Of a stretch of DNA of 40,207 nt, positions 18,431-28,195 are shown one piece after another. The stretch covers positions 1 to 40,207 of the forward strand of contig JAYSWN010000042.1 of the NCBI GenBank assembly GCA_043718025.1. The letters run 5' to 3'. Positions within the stretch are counted from its first letter, which is position 1. Each line of letters begins with the position of its first letter. Source of the DNA: Pseudomonadota bacterium. GTDB lineage: Bacteria; Bdellovibrionota; FAC87; UBA2466. A program made the translations under genes and the position numbers. Under the pieces are notes generated by a model. That model was not told the DNA's origin and made no database searches. It worked only from the letters and a program-made list of their open reading frames with translations.

Positions 18431-19363
18431 ATGGCAAACGTGCTCGCTTTTTCAAAACAAGATTCAACTGCTTCATTAAATCCCCTAAAGGATGCGCTTA
18501 CGGACTTTCTTCAAGGAAAAGATAAGGTTACCGAGGCAATTCTCTGCGCATTACTTGCCGAGGGTCACCTTCTATTCGAAGACATTCCTGGGGTCGGCAA
18601 AACTACTTTAATAAAAGCGCTGTCGCAATGGCTCGGGTTGTCCATGGCTCGAATCCAGTGCACCAGCGATCTTTTACCATCAGATATATTAGGCGTAGAA
18701 ATCTATCAAAACTCTACCGAGGCTTTCGCTTTTCAACCCGGGCCAGTCTTTTCAAATCTGGTTTTTGTCGATGAATTAAATCGTGCCTCGCCGCGTACCC
18801 AGTCGGCACTTTTAGAGGCGATGGCCGAGGGAGTCGTAACGGTTCAGAAAAAGACTTACCCACTGCCCAAGCCTTTTCTGCTTTTCGCCGCCCAGAATCC
18901 CTCGACCGCTTTGGGAACCTATGCCTTGCCCGAATCGCAATGGGATCGATTTTCAATCTGCCTTAGCCTTGGCTACCCCAGCGAAGCAAAAGAGCTGTCG
19001 ATTCTCGAAGCGTCTTCAAAAGATCATTTAGGTAAGGTGCAAGAAAAACTTGTAGATCCGGCAACGCTCATTGCCCTGCAGAATAGAACCAATCAGGTCA
19101 CTTCCAACCGAAGAGTTTCGAGTTATGCGCGACGAGTTTTAGAAAATAGCCGACGCGATTTTTCACCAGGCCTCTCCACCCGGGCAGGGGTACTTTGGAT
19201 GCGGTTGGCCAAGGCGCGGGCGGTACTTCTCGGCCGCGACTACGTGATTCCCGATGATCTGATCGAAATGGCGGTTCCCTGTCTGAGTCACCGAGTTCCC
19301 GCAAAAGACTTAGACGGCAGCGCGAGGATTAATGAACTGCTGCAAAAAACTGCGATTGATTAA
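18431..19363 (+). CDS. moxR: MoxR-family AAA+ ATPase
   Basis: GHLLFEDIPGVGKT, RIQCTSDLLPSDILG, DELNRASPRTQSALLEAM, AQNP and GTYALPESQWDRF. Confidence 0.95.
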   Translation: MANVLAFSKQDSTASLNPLKDALTDFLQGKDKVTEAILCALLAEGHLLFEDIPGVGKTTLIKALSQWLGLSMARIQCTSDLLPSDILGVEIYQNSTEAFAFQPGPVFSNLVFVDELNRASPRTQSALLEAMAEGVVTVQKKTYPLPKPFLLFAAQNPSTALGTYALPESQWDRFSICLSLGYPSEAKELSILEASSKDHLGKVQEKLVDPATLIALQNRTNQVTSNRRVSSYARRVLENSRRDFSPGLSTRAGVLWMRLAKARAVLLGRDYVIPDDLIEMAVPCLSHRVPAKDLDGSARINELLQKTAID

Positions 19364-20391
19364 TGTATTACAAATCCGTTAACCGAGGAATCTCATTCAC
19401 AAAATCGGGCACCTACACGCTCTGTTTTGTGATGTTGCTTGGCATCCTCGCTGCCGCGTCTGGTTACAACTCACTCTTTCTCGCCCTGGCCTTCGGTTCA
19501 GGCCTTCTCATCACCTCTGGTTTACTATCGGAGCGCTCGATAAAGCCAATTGAAGTTTTCGGACAACAGCGCACATTTGCCGAAGCCGAATCGGCATTTC
19601 GTTTAAAGGTGATGATAAAGAACGCAAATAAGAAATCTCCTCTCTTTGGTACCGAAGTTGTGGTCACCGAGAAAATTCCGCGGTTTCGTCTCTTTCATCC
19701 TGAGCTTCCAGCAATAGGGCTTTCGCACTTCTTGCGCCTTATTGCGGGAGAAGAACGACTTGCTCTGATCCCTTGTACAGGGCTGGCTCGGGGTATCTAC
19801 CGCGAGCTACCGTTAGTGCTGCGCACGATTTATCCTTTCGGATTAATTTCGAAATTTAAGGTTAGTACCGTGCCTGCGCCCCTCATTGTCTATCCCAAAG
19901 TGGACGGCGCTTTCCAAAACCAACTTTTGCAAGAACTTCGCTCGGCCATGGTGGCGGGGCAAAGCCACCCTGAATTTCACAGCCACCGAAATTACCTCTC
20001 CGAAGACTCCGCGCGAAAGATCGACTGGAAAAAGAGTGCGGGAAAAGGAATCACAGACTGGTCGATAAAAGTATTTTTCACCCCGGCTGAAAATTTTTTG
20101 TTCGTCGTCAGCCCCGATTGGGGGCAAATCGCGACCAGCCCGGGCACCGTGCAACGCGAGATCTTTCTCTCCCGTGTGCTGACGGCGTGCGAAACCCTCT
20201 GCATCCAGGCACCGCAATTTTTTCTTCGTCTTCCGCACGGCGCAGGGTTTCTGCAAGGAGCTGAGTCCGTACGTGAGTATTTGGCGGACTATCCAGCCCT
20301 TTCACCGCATTCGGCGAGCCTACCGGCCCACCAACTTTTGAATTTAGTCGTTCAGATGAATTCTCACCGCTGGGAGAGCAGCGATGGGTAA
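19363..20391 (+). CDS. DUF58-domain membrane protein (MoxR partner)
   Basis: N-terminal TM pair, RG.Y, YPFGL, LIVYP and EFHSHRNY...KIDWKKSA; translationally coupled to moxR. Confidence 0.85.
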   Translation: MYYKSVNRGISFTKSGTYTLCFVMLLGILAAASGYNSLFLALAFGSGLLITSGLLSERSIKPIEVFGQQRTFAEAESAFRLKVMIKNANKKSPLFGTEVVVTEKIPRFRLFHPELPAIGLSHFLRLIAGEERLALIPCTGLARGIYRELPLVLRTIYPFGLISKFKVSTVPAPLIVYPKVDGAFQNQLLQELRSAMVAGQSHPEFHSHRNYLSEDSARKIDWKKSAGKGITDWSIKVFFTPAENFLFVVSPDWGQIATSPGTVQREIFLSRVLTACETLCIQAPQFFLRLPHGAGFLQGAESVREYLADYPALSPHSASLPAHQLLNLVVQMNSHRWESSDG

Positions 20392-22315
20392 GCGCCCCTC
20401 CATCCGCCGCTACCATGAGCTCACTCTCGCACTGGTCATCGGCTTGTCATTTTCAATTGGCTTAAGTTCTGCGGTTTTCCCGGCCTGGGCCGGCCTGACA
20501 TTTCTCCTCCTATCCGCAGCGCTCAGGGCACAGAAACAAAACCTCCGCTTTTACCGCGCAATGGCGGTGTTCGTTACCGTTGCGAGCTTCATGTGCTCGC
20601 TCTTCATTGCGTTTACGACTTACCGCGAAACCCAAGACATTGTTTTCTTTTTCGGCCCAATTTTTAGTTCGTGCGTTAGCCTCGCCTTGATGTTTCACGT
20701 ACCCCACGGGCTCGATTGGAAAATTAGCGCCAGCACCATGATGCTGGCCATCACCTCGGTCATAGGCGGTGGTGAAGTGGTCGACCATTTTTTCTTCATC
20801 CTATTCTGCGCGGCGTTCGTGTTTTATCTAAACGCTACCTACTTCATAGAACGTGAGCCTACCGAACAACTTCCGGAGGGCTACTTTCGCCCCTTTGTGA
20901 TCTGTCTCTTTGCTGGTTGGAGCTTCGGAATTTTTATCTTTGTGTTTTTCCCGCGAACTATTCAGTGGAGTAACCCGTTCGGCCTTCGTGACCGTCAGGT
21001 GCTAACGGGGTACTCGGGGGCTCTTAGTCTGAACGGAAGCGGCCCAACCCCCTCTTCCTCGCTGGCGTTGGTCGTTGAGCCATTAGACGCCACGGTAAGA
21101 ACTTGGTTAACCTTAAACGGACCTGATCTTTACTTCCGTGGCAATGCCCTAGACCAATTTGACGGGCTAAAGTGGAATCAGACTCTCTTAGCGGCAACGC
21201 CATTAAAACTTCATCGCCCGAGAAAACCCACGGGCATAGTTTACGGTATAAAAATTTATCGCGAACCTCACTCCAATCCCTGGATTGTCTATCCGGGCAG
21301 CCTCTGGAACTTAGATATTCCGTATGCCACCACTGGCCGGCCATTGATTGATGAAGCGGGAAACGTGCTCCGATCCATTACCGGATACCTCCGTTACTCC
21401 TACACTATTGATTTTGAAGAGACCCCACTCTTCACTTACGAAATGAACCCCGAGTTGACGTCACGGGAGTTTGAACTTTACACCGGGGTTCCTCCTTCAA
21501 TCGCTGAGGCAACCTACTTCAAGGTTTGGTTAGAAAATTTTTCGTCAACGAAAAAGGCGGAACCATTAATTGAGCGTTTAGCGGCAGTTTCGAAATATTT
21601 TCAAAGTAATTATAAAGCGGTATTGGCCAAAAACTCCCTATCATTAGAAAAGTTTTTGACCGCAGATAAGGAAGGTCACTGCGAATACTTTGCCACTGTA
21701 ACCGCACTCTCTCTCCGCAGTTGGGGGTTCCCCGCGCGGGTAGTGCTTGGCTACCGTGGGGGACAGTTTAACCGCCATTCACAGGTTCTCGAAGTACGCG
21801 ACGAGAATGCCCACGCTTGGGTTGAGGTATTCTTGCCAAAACGCGGCTGGCTTCGCTACGACCCCACGCCTCTGGTACGGAGGCAGCCACGTTTCGCGTG
21901 GATGCAAGAAATGGAGTTATGGACCGGTGCGGCCAAATACTGGTTCAGTCGCTACGTGGTCGATTACAACTCCAAAACCCAAACCGAGCTAATTCTCAAC
22001 TTCGGCAAAAATGGTTTGTTTGGATTCAAAAAACGGGCAATGCCCAAAACCCGCCATTTGCTTCTAGCGCTTGTGGGGGGATTGCTGATCGTATTCGCGG
22101 CGAGCCTGAAGTGGCGTAGACGCCAGTCAGCCCGCCAAAACGCAATCCCGCCGTACTACCGCGACTTCAAAAGAAAGCTGCGCCGGTTTGGTTTCATTCG
22201 ACGTCCGAATGAAACTTACCGCCTATTTCATTCTCGAATTGTTCACCGCGAAATTTCCCAACAAACGCTCAGCGACATAGATCGCCGCCTTGAAAAAGAT
22301 CTCTACGCCGCGTAA
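20384..22315 (+). CDS. DUF3488 / transglutaminase-like membrane protein (TgpA-like)
   Basis: Multi-TM N-terminus, FVFFPR, YFRG.ALD.FDG..W, and triad motifs GHCEYFA, AHAWVEV and YDPTP. Confidence 0.92.
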   Translation: MGKRPSIRRYHELTLALVIGLSFSIGLSSAVFPAWAGLTFLLLSAALRAQKQNLRFYRAMAVFVTVASFMCSLFIAFTTYRETQDIVFFFGPIFSSCVSLALMFHVPHGLDWKISASTMMLAITSVIGGGEVVDHFFFILFCAAFVFYLNATYFIEREPTEQLPEGYFRPFVICLFAGWSFGIFIFVFFPRTIQWSNPFGLRDRQVLTGYSGALSLNGSGPTPSSSLALVVEPLDATVRTWLTLNGPDLYFRGNALDQFDGLKWNQTLLAATPLKLHRPRKPTGIVYGIKIYREPHSNPWIVYPGSLWNLDIPYATTGRPLIDEAGNVLRSITGYLRYSYTIDFEETPLFTYEMNPELTSREFELYTGVPPSIAEATYFKVWLENFSSTKKAEPLIERLAAVSKYFQSNYKAVLAKNSLSLEKFLTADKEGHCEYFATVTALSLRSWGFPARVVLGYRGGQFNRHSQVLEVRDENAHAWVEVFLPKRGWLRYDPTPLVRRQPRFAWMQEMELWTGAAKYWFSRYVVDYNSKTQTELILNFGKNGLFGFKKRAMPKTRHLLLALVGGLLIVFAASLKWRRRQSARQNAIPPYYRDFKRKLRRFGFIRRPNETYRLFHSRIVHREISQQTLSDIDRRLEKDLYAA

Positions 22316-22413
22316 TCGCGTCGCGTTTTTTTGACAAATTTAGGATAATATTCAGGTAGGGACTTATCCTGTCCCACCGACTTCCTTTCTCTCCAGCAAA
22401 CGAGGTAAAAAGA

Positions 22414-23355
22414 GTGAAACTCGCCATTTCCGGTGCATCCGGTTTTCTGGGTCGTGAGGCCATTGACTACCTTTCCGCCGATCCTAAACTCACTATTCAC
22501 GCCCTTTGTAGTTCAACGGCCCAGCCCCTAGCCGAAGTTGATGGGCTCAAAGTCTTTAGTGGCTCACTGGCTGATTCAAAAACGGTTAAGGAATGGCTCT
22601 CCGGCTGCGATGCGGTTTTGCATTTGGCCGAACGGGGGATGCCCTCACAGGTGGTAGAGCGTCCCGATACCCAAATCACCCGCAACATTACCAACGCCGT
22701 CTGCCTAACCAGCGCGATGAGGGACTTGGGAATCAAGAACATGATTTACGCTTCAAGTGGAGGAGCACTCTACGAAGGAGTTTCAAGGGAGGGGGATCGC
22801 CTTAACGAAAAAAGTCCGATTTCTTTGAGAAATCCATATGCGATCAGTAAGTACTTCGTTGAACAGCATTGTGAACGTCTAAACCACGAAGAGTCATGGA
22901 ATATCTCGATACTACGAATTTCAAATCCCTACGGCATTCACCAAATTGGCCGCACACGACAGGGCATCATCGGGCTAGCCATCGAGAAAATTTATTTTGG
23001 CAAAGGGATTCCACTGTGGGTCTCACAAAAAACTGCGAAAGATTTTTTGTACGTGACTGATTTGTGCCGCGCCTTCGAGCTATTCTCCAAAAAACCCACC
23101 GCCGGCGTTTTTAATATTGGTAGTGGGCAAAGCACGACGCTTGAAACTCTGTTTCGCAATCTAGAAAAAATTACCGGACGAAAACCCAACATCTGCACCA
23201 CACCCAAACCCTTAAACGAACCGCAAATTACCGCGCTTGATTGCCTGAAAGCAAAGACGGCGGTGGGTTGGGAGTGCTCAGTTTCTCTTGAGTCAGGACT
23301 AGTTCAATTGTGGGATTGGCGCTGTAAAAAAGCACCGCTTACGCGGGCCGCTTAA
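22414..23355 (+). CDS. NAD-dependent epimerase/dehydratase
   Basis: ISGASGFLG, HLA, YASSGG, YAISK (YxxxK), RISNPYG, KDFLYV.D and FNIGSG. Confidence 0.92.
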   Translation: MKLAISGASGFLGREAIDYLSADPKLTIHALCSSTAQPLAEVDGLKVFSGSLADSKTVKEWLSGCDAVLHLAERGMPSQVVERPDTQITRNITNAVCLTSAMRDLGIKNMIYASSGGALYEGVSREGDRLNEKSPISLRNPYAISKYFVEQHCERLNHEESWNISILRISNPYGIHQIGRTRQGIIGLAIEKIYFGKGIPLWVSQKTAKDFLYVTDLCRAFELFSKKPTAGVFNIGSGQSTTLETLFRNLEKITGRKPNICTTPKPLNEPQITALDCLKAKTAVGWECSVSLESGLVQLWDWRCKKAPLTRAA

Positions 23356-25294
23356 GCTTCAACTCCAACTTTTGACCGGTATCGGAGTTTAAAAGTTCAA
23401 AATGCCTTCGGTTCGCCTTGATCCATGGGTCTCGGCTCTCGGGCAGAAGTGGCGGCGTAGGATTCCATTCCACTTTCCTTCTCCCCGCCAAAAAGGAAAG
23501 CAGCTGCCTTCCGCTAAGACCCATTGCCCACCTAAGCCACGACGCGTTAAAACTTCGATCCCAAGACAGCTTCGATCCTAAAGCGAGCCAACGCGAGAGA
23601 TTCAGCCAGTGCTTAGCTTGTTGTTGCAGCGAAAGCTGAAAAACTGGGAGGGGAATCTGGAGGCCCGAAAAGTCGGGCGAAAAGAAATGATTTAGTGCAT
23701 CCCATCCGCATTTGATTTCGAATAACCCTAGCGAATCCACGAAAGCATTGTGATAGGTGCGTACCGGTTCACCGTTTAGAATTCGCGGTTCAGGAGGATA
23801 TTTCTCGTTCCAGTGCACGCCCAGCGATTGCAAGTTCCAACGCGCCACATCGTGATCGCCGCGCCGGTAAGATTTCACCGAATCGAAAAGAGCGGGCCCA
23901 AAATCCAAATAGCCTTGGTCGGCCACCACGCCATCGTTCATGCCAAAATTAGCATTTTCCCAGCAACGCTCCGCCCACCAGTCCAAGAAATCGACTCCTT
24001 TTGGGGAGGCAACCACCATACCGGCATTAAATAAACCATCGGTACGTGAACATTCAAAGGTGTCGTTCCAGTGGGGAAACAGCAGAATGCCATTTGCGCT
24101 GGCCTCATCCCAAAGTGTATCGGGCGGAGAGAAAAAGTAGACGTCGGAGTCAGCGTAGAAAACCGTTCCTTTAGTCTCCTTCATCGCTCGCCGGATCAAT
24201 AATGGCTTAGATGAAAACGCCTGTACGCCAATCGAGCGTCGTAGGATTTCCGGAAGTTGGCCAGTTGTCCACAAATCTGCGAGTTCCACGATTCGGATCT
24301 CACATTGCCCGTTCATTCGCTTCATCAGCCTGGGTCGCACTTTTTCGTCCAACGCCAAGACGTAAACGCAAAGTTCCGCGCCAGAATAGAGATCTAATAA
24401 GTTGGCAATATAACCTTCGAGAAAAGGCACGTAGTCGTGACTCGAAATCGTAGCAAAGGTTCTCTTCTCTTTATGCACAGGTACTTTTGAAGCTCTGACC
24501 AGACGCGCCAAAGTCACTTCAAGCGCCTTTTTCTCTCTGTGGAATTCTGGTGGGGCGGGACGTTTTGTGGCTCGATGCGAAATTTGCTTCTTAATCTCGA
24601 TGACCAGCGCTTCGCCAAGGCCAAAACCCGGAGGCAGTATGACAAGGTCCCATTTTGCGGCGAGCTTTTTTTGTTCTTCACCATCCGCAATCCAAACGGT
24701 GGGAATTCCCGACCCACGTGCCGCCAAACAAGGTAGCAATCGCCTAGACACCACAAAGGAGGCCGACCCTATCGCCCGCCCATGAAAGTGAGGTGAGCGT
24801 GGCGTAAAGAGCGTCTGCGGCCCAGGATTCGCGATGCCATCGAGGTCATCAGGATGATTCGCTAAGAAAAGTAGCGGACCAAAGGTGCTTTCGAGCTGCT
24901 GCAGAATCGGGAGATCGGCTTTTCCTCCGCCACAAAACACACCGCGCGGGGTCGAAGCGGGCAACGGCCTCAAGCAAGCGGCATAGGCAAAGAATTCTTC
25001 AGAAAAAGAGTTTTCCAGCACCGTTGCGCTGCGCCGAGTCGCAGAAACGATTTCAAGGGGCTGATGGCCGCTGATGCCTCGCGCTTCACCCGAAACGTGC
25101 CTCCAATCAAAGCCTGTCAGCAACTCGCAAGCACCAAGATAGGAAAAAACGGAGTCGGGACTTTTTATATCCCAATCCAAAGCGATGACGTCGAGTTGGT
25201 ATGTATTCACGATATAATAAAGTTTAACAGAGCGGCCTCTCGCTTTCTTTGGACTCGATGAGTCAAGCGCCAAACCAAACCAGGCAACCCTCAC
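23339..25294 (-). CDS. Two-domain putative glycosyltransferase (polysaccharide-pyruvyltransferase-like N-domain + GT-A DxD domain)
   Basis: N-domain MRVAWFG ... ASFVVSRRLLPCLAARGSGIPTVWI. C-domain FATISSHDY, SKP, YADSDVYFF, FNAG, WWAERC, ADQGYLD and DVARWN. Paralogue of 15281-16939. Confidence 0.75.
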   Translation of the reverse strand: MRVAWFGLALDSSSPKKARGRSVKLYYIVNTYQLDVIALDWDIKSPDSVFSYLGACELLTGFDWRHVSGEARGISGHQPLEIVSATRRSATVLENSFSEEFFAYAACLRPLPASTPRGVFCGGGKADLPILQQLESTFGPLLFLANHPDDLDGIANPGPQTLFTPRSPHFHGRAIGSASFVVSRRLLPCLAARGSGIPTVWIADGEEQKKLAAKWDLVILPPGFGLGEALVIEIKKQISHRATKRPAPPEFHREKKALEVTLARLVRASKVPVHKEKRTFATISSHDYVPFLEGYIANLLDLYSGAELCVYVLALDEKVRPRLMKRMNGQCEIRIVELADLWTTGQLPEILRRSIGVQAFSSKPLLIRRAMKETKGTVFYADSDVYFFSPPDTLWDEASANGILLFPHWNDTFECSRTDGLFNAGMVVASPKGVDFLDWWAERCWENANFGMNDGVVADQGYLDFGPALFDSVKSYRRGDHDVARWNLQSLGVHWNEKYPPEPRILNGEPVRTYHNAFVDSLGLFEIKCGWDALNHFFSPDFSGLQIPLPVFQLSLQQQAKHWLNLSRWLALGSKLSWDRSFNASWLRWAMGLSGRQLLSFLAGRRKVEWNPTPPLLPESRDPWIKANRRHFELLNSDTGQKLELKLKRPA

Positions 25295-25324
25295 TTTTTG
25301 TTCACTTTGTTCCGATAAAACTTT

Positions 25325-26128
25325 ATGGCATTAAAACGATCCCTCGCTAGCGCCACAAAAGCCAATCCGACCCCGTGGCGCAATAAAGAAAAAAAAGTGT
25401 GGGTCGTTTTGCCTGCTTTTAACGAAGGCCCAAATTTAAGCGGATTACTTGAAAAAATTGATGAAGCAATGTGGGAAGACAATTCCCCTTACGAGATTAT
25501 TGTCGTCGATGATGGAAGTTCAGACCATACGCCCCAAGTGGTCAACGCTTACTCCAAAACTTTGCCAATTCATTCCCTCCGCCACGAAATTAATCAAGGG
25601 TTGGGTGCCACCATTCGTGATGGGTTGAAGTACGCTACCAAAGCTTGCTCTGAAGATGACATCATCGTGGCGATGGATGCAGACAACAGCCACACCCCTC
25701 ACCTTATTCGCTCGATGGTCCGTGGAATTCGCGAAGGCAACGATGTGGTGATTGCCTCTCGTTTCCAGAACGGCGCTTACGTTCGTGGTGTGCCCTTCTA
25801 CCGAATCATCCTTAGTTACTGCGCCCGATTTTTTTCAACTCTGCTTTTCCCTATTCCTGGCGTGCGTGACTATACTTGTGGCTTTAGAGCCTACCGAAGC
25901 GTAGTGCTCAAAGCCGCCTTCAACAAATACGGTGAGCAATTCATTAGCAACAATGGCTTCGAATCAATGCTCGATATTTTGTTGAAGCTCAGAGATATGG
26001 ATGCCATTTTCCGCGAAGTCCCCCTAATTCTTCGTTACGATCAAAAAAAGGGGGCGAGCAAGATGCACGTCTTCCGCACTATGCAGCGAAGTCTCGGCTT
26101 GCTGCTCAAAAGAAAATTTTTCCGTTAA
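25325..26128 (+). CDS. GT2, polyprenol-phosphate glycosyltransferase (DPM1-like)
   Basis: VVLPAFNE, VVDDGSSD, NQGLG, MDADNSH, VIASRF and DYTCGFRAYR. Exact start uncertain. Confidence 0.9.
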   Translation: MALKRSLASATKANPTPWRNKEKKVWVVLPAFNEGPNLSGLLEKIDEAMWEDNSPYEIIVVDDGSSDHTPQVVNAYSKTLPIHSLRHEINQGLGATIRDGLKYATKACSEDDIIVAMDADNSHTPHLIRSMVRGIREGNDVVIASRFQNGAYVRGVPFYRIILSYCARFFSTLLFPIPGVRDYTCGFRAYRSVVLKAAFNKYGEQFISNNGFESMLDILLKLRDMDAIFREVPLILRYDQKKGASKMHVFRTMQRSLGLLLKRKFFR

Positions 26129-27144
26129 AGAAGCCCGAGACTCTGCACTCGAACCAGCTCTTGGCGAAGTTCATTCGGCGTCACCACGGACGCACCGATT
26201 TGCCCCACCACAATCCCGGCGGCAGCGTTCGCCACCCTTAGGCAAAGCGGCAGGGGATTTCCCATGGAATACATCATCGCAATTACCGCCACCACCGTAT
26301 CGCCGGCACCAGTTACGTCAAAAACATCCCGCGCAAACGTGGGGATTTTCGAAAGTTCACTCTCGCCGGCGGTCAAACTGACCATGCCGAACTCACCGCA
26401 CGTGATTACCGCGTGGCTTGAGTTAGTGGCACGCAATATCTCTGCGGCCATCTGCCCCAGACGTTCACTATTCTTTCCGGCGATGCGAGAAGGCTCATTT
26501 GGAAAACGGCATAGTGTTTCCGCTTCGAGTAAATTTGGCGTCAGCAAAGTCACGCCCTGGTACAACGAAAGCGCTGACTGACGGTTGGGGTCGACAAACA
26601 CCGGAATCTTTTTCTCGCGCGCCTTTTTCACAAAGCTCATCGTATCGGCATTCCATATGCCCTTGCCATAATCCTGCACTATCACCCCCTGAACACCGTC
26701 TAAACGTTTTTCAATTTTTTGGGTGAGTTGCTGGGCAAGATCGGGTGCCAACTTGTGCGACCGCTCGTAATCCACGCGCACAACGTGTTGCTTCTGCGCT
26801 AACACGCGAACTTTTCGCAAGGTAGGCCGCGACGGATCCACCACAAACTCACAATCAGTGACCCCTGCGTGAGCCAACATCTCTTTCAATTGAGACGCGT
26901 CCGCATCCTCACCGCAAACAGAAAGCAGGCTAACCCGGCCTCCCAATGAGGCAATGTTCTGGGCTACGTTGCCCGACAAACCGAGTTTAAAGGTTCGCGA
27001 GTCGACTTCAACCACTGGTACCGGCGCCTCAGGGCTAATCCTGCGGCATTCACCCCACAGGTACTCGTCAATACCCACTTCACCCACCACCAAAATGTGA
27101 GTGTCGGAAAATTTTTCAATAAAATCAAAAGGCATATTCAGCAT
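26125..27144 (-). CDS. rfaE1: D-glycero-beta-D-manno-heptose-7-phosphate kinase (stand-alone HldE kinase domain)
   Basis: RISPEAPVPVV, GNVAQNIASLG, QDYGKG, TPN..EA, DVFDVTGAGDTV and NAAAGIVV. Confidence 0.92.
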   Translation of the reverse strand: MLNMPFDFIEKFSDTHILVVGEVGIDEYLWGECRRISPEAPVPVVEVDSRTFKLGLSGNVAQNIASLGGRVSLLSVCGEDADASQLKEMLAHAGVTDCEFVVDPSRPTLRKVRVLAQKQHVVRVDYERSHKLAPDLAQQLTQKIEKRLDGVQGVIVQDYGKGIWNADTMSFVKKAREKKIPVFVDPNRQSALSLYQGVTLLTPNLLEAETLCRFPNEPSRIAGKNSERLGQMAAEILRATNSSHAVITCGEFGMVSLTAGESELSKIPTFARDVFDVTGAGDTVVAVIAMMYSMGNPLPLCLRVANAAAGIVVGQIGASVVTPNELRQELVRVQSLGLL

Positions 27145-27156
27145 AGTAATAACTCT

Positions 27157-28188
27157 TTAGATAAAATCACCGGCTTTTCCCAAAAGCAAATCCCACTGCG
27201 CTTTTTCCATGCAGGGATATGCCGCACAACGGCCGCCCAAGCACTCCTTGGTTCCCGGACAATCAACTTCCGGGGTTAGAACAAGGCTTCGACCTTCACC
27301 CCCCCAGGGCTGCCAACGCAGAGGGCGGTGACTTCGCACCGGCGAGAAAAGACCCAGGGTTGCCGTTCCAACGTAATGAGCCAAGTGAAGTGGACCGGTA
27401 CTGGGTGCCACCACTATTTGCGCTAATCTAAACAGTTCGCGCAGCACTCCCAATGAAACAGCGGGAAACGTTTTTGCATCAGGAAAACGAAGAGTTAAGT
27501 CATCAACCAAGGTTTGATCCGAAGGCGCCGGCCCCTTTGAAAACACCAATGGAAATTGAAAAGACTTTTGAAAAAAAACCAAGAGTTCCTGATATTTCTC
27601 CACCGATAAATTGAGTGCGCTACCGCCCATGCCAGGATGTACCACGGCAAACTTCGCTGGCAGGTCCAGTTCCTTTAAAACTAAATGGGCCATTTCAACG
27701 TCGGCCAAATCGCTAGGAATCGTAATGGCCGAATATTCATCAGCAAATCGAACCGCTCTAGAAGGTTCCAGCTTTTTCAAAAAGGCTTCCGCCAATTCGC
27801 CGTTAAAAACCCCTTCGGATCGATCGGCCTTCGAACGGCGCTGCCTTACCCCTCCATTCAGAAACAAAAGACTGGGCACGGATGAACGCATTCCAAACCT
27901 AAAGGGCACTCGCGAAGAATAGGCCTCTCGGTAGACCGCGCCTGGCGCATTCAGAATTAAAATGGCGTCTACACGGTTATTGATCAAAAAGGGCCGAATT
28001 GATTCCGAGGTCGTGACCACCGCTTTGATTCCGATTTCGTCCAGAAAGGGGCGAACCGCCGGATATACCATTTGGCTAAGGGCAAAAAAATGCTGCGCGT
28101 CAGGCAGAGCCCGCTTCAAAAATTCGATAGCCGGTAAACTTAAAAGCACATCGCCGAGTCGATCCATTCTGACCGTCAAAATCTTCAT
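27157..28188 (-). CDS. Glycosyltransferase family 9 (LPS heptosyltransferase-like)
   Basis: Start ATG 28188 (MKILTVRMDRLGDVLLSLP), VVHPG, STGPLHLA and RWQPWG; adjacent to the heptose kinase. Confidence 0.9.
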   Translation of the reverse strand: MKILTVRMDRLGDVLLSLPAIEFLKRALPDAQHFFALSQMVYPAVRPFLDEIGIKAVVTTSESIRPFLINNRVDAILILNAPGAVYREAYSSRVPFRFGMRSSVPSLLFLNGGVRQRRSKADRSEGVFNGELAEAFLKKLEPSRAVRFADEYSAITIPSDLADVEMAHLVLKELDLPAKFAVVHPGMGGSALNLSVEKYQELLVFFQKSFQFPLVFSKGPAPSDQTLVDDLTLRFPDAKTFPAVSLGVLRELFRLAQIVVAPSTGPLHLAHYVGTATLGLFSPVRSHRPLRWQPWGGEGRSLVLTPEVDCPGTKECLGGRCAAYPCMEKAQWDLLLGKAGDFI

Positions 28189-28195
28189 GAGGGTG

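Noticed and set aside
22331..22360. TTGACA as a sigma70 -35 box for the epimerase
   Set aside because: The TAATAT-like hexamer is only 9 nt away, and there is no good -10 at 16-18 nt spacing.
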